A stretch of 64,000 bases of DNA from Ferrovum sp. (GTDB lineage Bacteria > Pseudomonadota > Gammaproteobacteria > Burkholderiales > Ferrovaceae), in NCBI GenBank assembly GCA_027316835.1, contig DAHVFW010000001.1:20550-84549 (forward strand). Direction: 5' to 3'. How positions within the stretch are numbered: position 1 is the first letter of the stretch; the number at the start of each line of letters is the position of its first letter. Shown here in pieces: positions 60,874 to 64,000 of this stretch. The notes under the pieces were generated by a model that did not search any database, was not told where the DNA came from, and saw only the letters and a list, made by a program, of their open reading frames with translations. The translations under genes were made by a program, and so were the position numbers.

Positions 60874-62334
60874 TTACTTCAACAGGGTCAATACCGCATT
60901 GGGCATGGCATTGGCTTGCGCCAGCATGGCCGTGCCTGCCTGTTGCAGAATCTGGGTACGGGTCAGGGTCGCCGTCACTGCGGCAAAGTCCGTACTCTGA
61001 ATCTGACTTTGGGCTGCTGTCAGATTTTGCGTACTGGTGGCCAGATTGCTCACCACCGAGGTCAACCGATTCTGGATGGCCCCCAGCAACCCCTGTGCCT
61101 GCAACACCGTATTGATCGCCCCATCGATGGTGGTGATGGCTTGCTGCGCGTTGGCCTGAGTGCTGACATTCATGGCCGAGATGCTGTTGACGGAGGAAGT
61201 GGTAGCAGCGGCCGTCGTCCCGGCAGTAAACCCGGCATCGGCCGGAGCCCCCCCGCTCAGGACGATACCGCTGGAACCAGTGCTGTTCAGGGTCACCGTG
61301 CCCCTGGTAGTGCCCACAGCCAATCCCGTATCTGTCGACAGAGTCGTATAACCCGTATTTTGCGCCAAGACGATATTGCGCCCATCCGCCGCCGTCAAAG
61401 TCACTGCTCCGTTGGTGGCATTGGCCGTAGCGGTCACCCCCGTCTGCGCGGAAATCAGGTTGATGGCCGCTGCCGTATTTGCCCCCTGGCCCACTGCATT
61501 CCCTCCTGCGGCGACCGCGCCCACATTCACCCCATTGACGCTGAAGGAATTGGCAGCCACACCACTCGTGAGACCTGTTGTTATACCAGACGAACCCGAA
61601 ATGCTGTTGGAATTGGCCGTGGCCGTCACCCCGGAACTGGCCGATACCGCATTGATGGCATTGGCGATGGAATAGGCACTGTCCGCCGTCTGCCCAGGTG
61701 CCGCCCCAGCCACCGAAGCACCGACCTGAAAACCGTTGAGCGTGAGGGCACCTGCGGTCAACGCAGCAGTGGTTGCCGTTCCAGTGACGGTGGCTTGGAA
61801 ACTGGCACCTGCACTGCCCAGTTGGGAAGTCTCCATACTGGAGATACCGGACAACTGGATGACGGAATTGGCGGTGTTGTTGGCCCCCACCTGAAAGTTC
61901 TGGGCAGTGAAGGTACCATCGAGCAGGCTGACCCCGTTGAACTTGGTGGACAGGGCCACGCGCTGGATTTCCGCCGAGAGCTGCTGGACTTCAGCGTTCA
62001 TGGACGTGCGGTTGGCATTGGAATAGGTGGCGTTGGCGGATTGCACGGCCAAACTGCGCATGGTCTGCAGGTTGTTGATGATGGACTGCATGGCGCCACT
62101 GGCGGTCTGGGCCAGGGAGATGGCATCGTTGGCGTTGCGCGTCGCCTGGGCATACCCACCCAACTGGCTGCCCATGACGGTGGCGATGGCGTAACCGGCG
62201 GCATTGTCCTTGGCGCTGTTGATCTGCAGTCCGGAAGACAGTTGCTGGATGGCAGTGGCCATTTGCGTCTGGGAATTGCTCAGGTTTTGCTGCGCCATCA
62301 TCGAAACAATGTTGGTATTGAGGTAGATAGCCAT
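60874..62334 (-). CDS. fliC: Flagellin (486 aa)
   Basis: LSSGLQINSAKDNAAG; LGAIQNR; QILQQAGTAMLAQAN; ATG 62334 after AAGGAG. Confidence 0.98.
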   Translation of the reverse strand: MAIYLNTNIVSMMAQQNLSNSQTQMATAIQQLSSGLQINSAKDNAAGYAIATVMGSQLGGYAQATRNANDAISLAQTASGAMQSIINNLQTMRSLAVQSANATYSNANRTSMNAEVQQLSAEIQRVALSTKFNGVSLLDGTFTAQNFQVGANNTANSVIQLSGISSMETSQLGSAGASFQATVTGTATTAALTAGALTLNGFQVGASVAGAAPGQTADSAYSIANAINAVSASSGVTATANSNSISGSSGITTGLTSGVAANSFSVNGVNVGAVAAGGNAVGQGANTAAAINLISAQTGVTATANATNGAVTLTAADGRNIVLAQNTGYTTLSTDTGLAVGTTRGTVTLNSTGSSGIVLSGGAPADAGFTAGTTAAATTSSVNSISAMNVSTQANAQQAITTIDGAINTVLQAQGLLGAIQNRLTSVVSNLATSTQNLTAAQSQIQSTDFAAVTATLTRTQILQQAGTAMLAQANAMPNAVLTLLK

Positions 62335-62426
62335 GATAAAACTCCTTGTTGGTTGATCCTGACGCAGGCCTGACTGCCTTGCTCCTGACACGGCGACCGG
62401 TCGGAATGACTGGCCCTTTGTCCCAG

Positions 62427-62453
62427 TTATCGGACAACCCCGGAGAAACTTTA
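62427..62453 (-). promoter_or_regulatory. sigma28 promoter of fliC
   Basis: TAAA(GTTT)-N15-TCCGATAA on the minus strand. Confidence 0.88.
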
Positions 62454-62461
62454 GGGAGATT

Positions 62462-64000
62462 TCATGCTTCCGCTTTGACGACACGATTCTTGCCGGCAGC
62501 CTTGGCCTGGTACATGGCCTGATCGGCGCGCCCGATGGCTTCTTCGGCAGTCTCGTTCTGACCGCGCATGGCCACGCCGGCACTGAAAGTGATGATGATC
62601 TCTTCCCCATCGTAGACAAACAACTTCTGGACCAGCAAGCGCTGCAGGCGTTGCAGGATATCCGCCCCCTCCTGGATGTGGGTGGCAGGGAGCACCAACA
62701 GAAATTCCTCTCCCCCATAGCGGGCCACCGCATCCGTGGGGCGCAGCGCGGCCTTGATGGTTTCGGACACATGCATCAGGGCCATATCTCCCGCCTTATG
62801 GCCCAGAAGATCATTGAAAAGTTTGAAATTATCAATATCCAGCAAGCCGATGCACAGCGGCGATTGCGCGCGGTTGGAACGAGTGATCTCCCGCTGCAGC
62901 ACATCCTCCATTCCGCGGCGGTTGAGGGTCCCGGTCAACTGATCTTCACGCACCAATTCACTGACCTGCTCCAGTTCCTGTTCCAGAAGACGAATTTTTT
63001 CCTGGGCTTCAACCGCCTGGCGGCGCGCCACCACCAATTCTTCGTGGGAACGCAGGGTATTGGCCTGGATGACGCGGGTATCCTGCATCAGGTCTTCCAG
63101 GATGTGTCCCAGTTCGGTGAGATTGTCGGCCAGTCCGATCTTGAGATTGTAGCCTTCGATCTTGGCCTGATAATCTCCCGTGCTCTCGGTCATTTCTCCC
63201 ATGCGATCGATAAAACTGGCCATCAGGCTCTTGAGGGTGTCCTTGGCATTCGCCAGACTCTGCTTGAGGGAACTCTGCTTGACCAGGGCATCGCGCAAAT
63301 TCTTTTCCGCATCGGCAATACTGCGCTTGTCGAGGGGTTGTTCCATGATATCGCGCAGGATGGAAATTTGTCCGTGCAACCATTTGTCGTCCGCCACCAA
63401 TTCTCCGACATTTTCCACCAGCAGTCGCAACAGACTGAGCAGACCTTCCTGGATCTTTACCTTGTCCCCCCCCCGCAATTCCATTTTGACCCAGAAATGA
63501 CGCAATTTCTTGGCGACATCCGTGACCTGATCCCCGTTGATCGCCGTCCTGATCTGCGTCACCAGAGTGTTGATCTCTTCGCCCAGTTCGGGTTGAAGCA
63601 ATTTGTTGCTTTCCAGTGTCTGAGCCAATAAATCACGCAAATGCGCCATGACCACCGGATCGATGGCCATATCCATGCCACCCGCCACTGGGGCACTGGA
63701 AACCGGTGTGCCGTGTTCGGCGGATCCGGCAATTTCCCCTGAAGCGACCACGCCACTCCCCCAGGACCGCATCAAACCCTGCATTTTTTCATAAAGAAGA
63801 TCAGAATCATTGCCGAAGCGCGTCAATACGGTATTCACGCCTTCTTTCTTGCGGGAGAGGGTGATGCCCTTATGAGGCAAATCGAGTTGTCGGAACAATT
63901 CACGAATCAATGCGGCCCAGGCCAAAGGGGGGCGTACCTCTGCGGGGTCGGCGGTGATGCCGGAAAGAGGTGCCACTGGGAGGGAAATTTCCTTGCCACT
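62462..64000 (-). CDS. Flagellar-locus diguanylate cyclase with a long coiled-coil N-terminus (frame open to the window edge; 5' partial)
   Basis: DQLTGTLNRRG, DIDNFKLFND, RPTD I-site, RYGGEEF; no in-frame stop between 63976 and 64000. Confidence 0.93.
   Translation of the reverse strand, partial: SGKEISLPVAPLSGITADPAEVRPPLAWAALIRELFRQLDLPHKGITLSRKKEGVNTVLTRFGNDSDLLYEKMQGLMRSWGSGVVASGEIAGSAEHGTPVSSAPVAGGMDMAIDPVVMAHLRDLLAQTLESNKLLQPELGEEINTLVTQIRTAINGDQVTDVAKKLRHFWVKMELRGGDKVKIQEGLLSLLRLLVENVGELVADDKWLHGQISILRDIMEQPLDKRSIADAEKNLRDALVKQSSLKQSLANAKDTLKSLMASFIDRMGEMTESTGDYQAKIEGYNLKIGLADNLTELGHILEDLMQDTRVIQANTLRSHEELVVARRQAVEAQEKIRLLEQELEQVSELVREDQLTGTLNRRGMEDVLQREITRSNRAQSPLCIGLLDIDNFKLFNDLLGHKAGDMALMHVSETIKAALRPTDAVARYGGEEFLLVLPATHIQEGADILQRLQRLLVQKLFVYDGEEIIITFSAGVAMRGQNETAEEAIGRADQAMYQAKAAGKNRVVKAEA

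Noticed and set aside
60862-62373. 503-aa + strand ORF antisense to fliC (and many other long antisense ORFs, e.g. 3498-4886, 25710-27089, 53036-54151)
   Set aside because: Shadow frames of well-supported genes with biased codon usage; no motifs or RBS
1-64000. tRNA, rRNA, IS/transposase, integrase, CRISPR arrays, known riboswitches (preQ1, glmS ribozyme, c-di-GMP)
   Set aside because: None recognisable by eye; the intergenic gaps are short and mostly explained by promoters. A tRNAscan/Rfam scan would be decisive

Overview
Dense, almost entirely housekeeping and motility segment of a betaproteobacterial chromosome. The charge-depleted extracellular flagellar proteins and the rubrerythrin/Fe-S oxidoreductase/DUF3501 cluster suggest an acidophile such as Ferrovum (inference only). 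From left to right: (1) dcw cluster on the minus strand (mraZ-rsmH-ftsL-ftsI-murE-murF-mraY-murD-ftsW-murG-murC-murB-ftsQ-ftsA-ftsZ') with no ddl, a clear sigma70 promoter and four MraZ-type repeats; (2) divergent feoA-feoB plus a 44-aa Cys-rich ORF missing from the ORF track, behind a Fur-like box; (3) rnpB, overlapped by the pyrC stop codon, then glmS; (4) rubrerythrin-Fe-S oxidoreductase-DUF3501 with a PerR-type box; (5) rppH, queE, a three-domain QueD, queC and a REC-PAS-GGDEF cyclase; (6) an apparent operon continuing from flgA: HDOD protein, group II PLP decarboxylase, ATP-grasp-like enzyme and an uncharacterised PLP-fold protein, which is the best candidate for an undescribed system; (7) flgB-L, fliR-F, fliE, ycgR, an FlhB-C-like/FliK-like pair, fliT, fliS, fliD, flaG, fliC and a 5'-truncated GGDEF cyclase. 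I saw no tRNA, rRNA, IS element or CRISPR array. Start codons were adjusted by eye where the ORF track over-extends. No database searches were run; family calls rest on recognised motifs and gene order.
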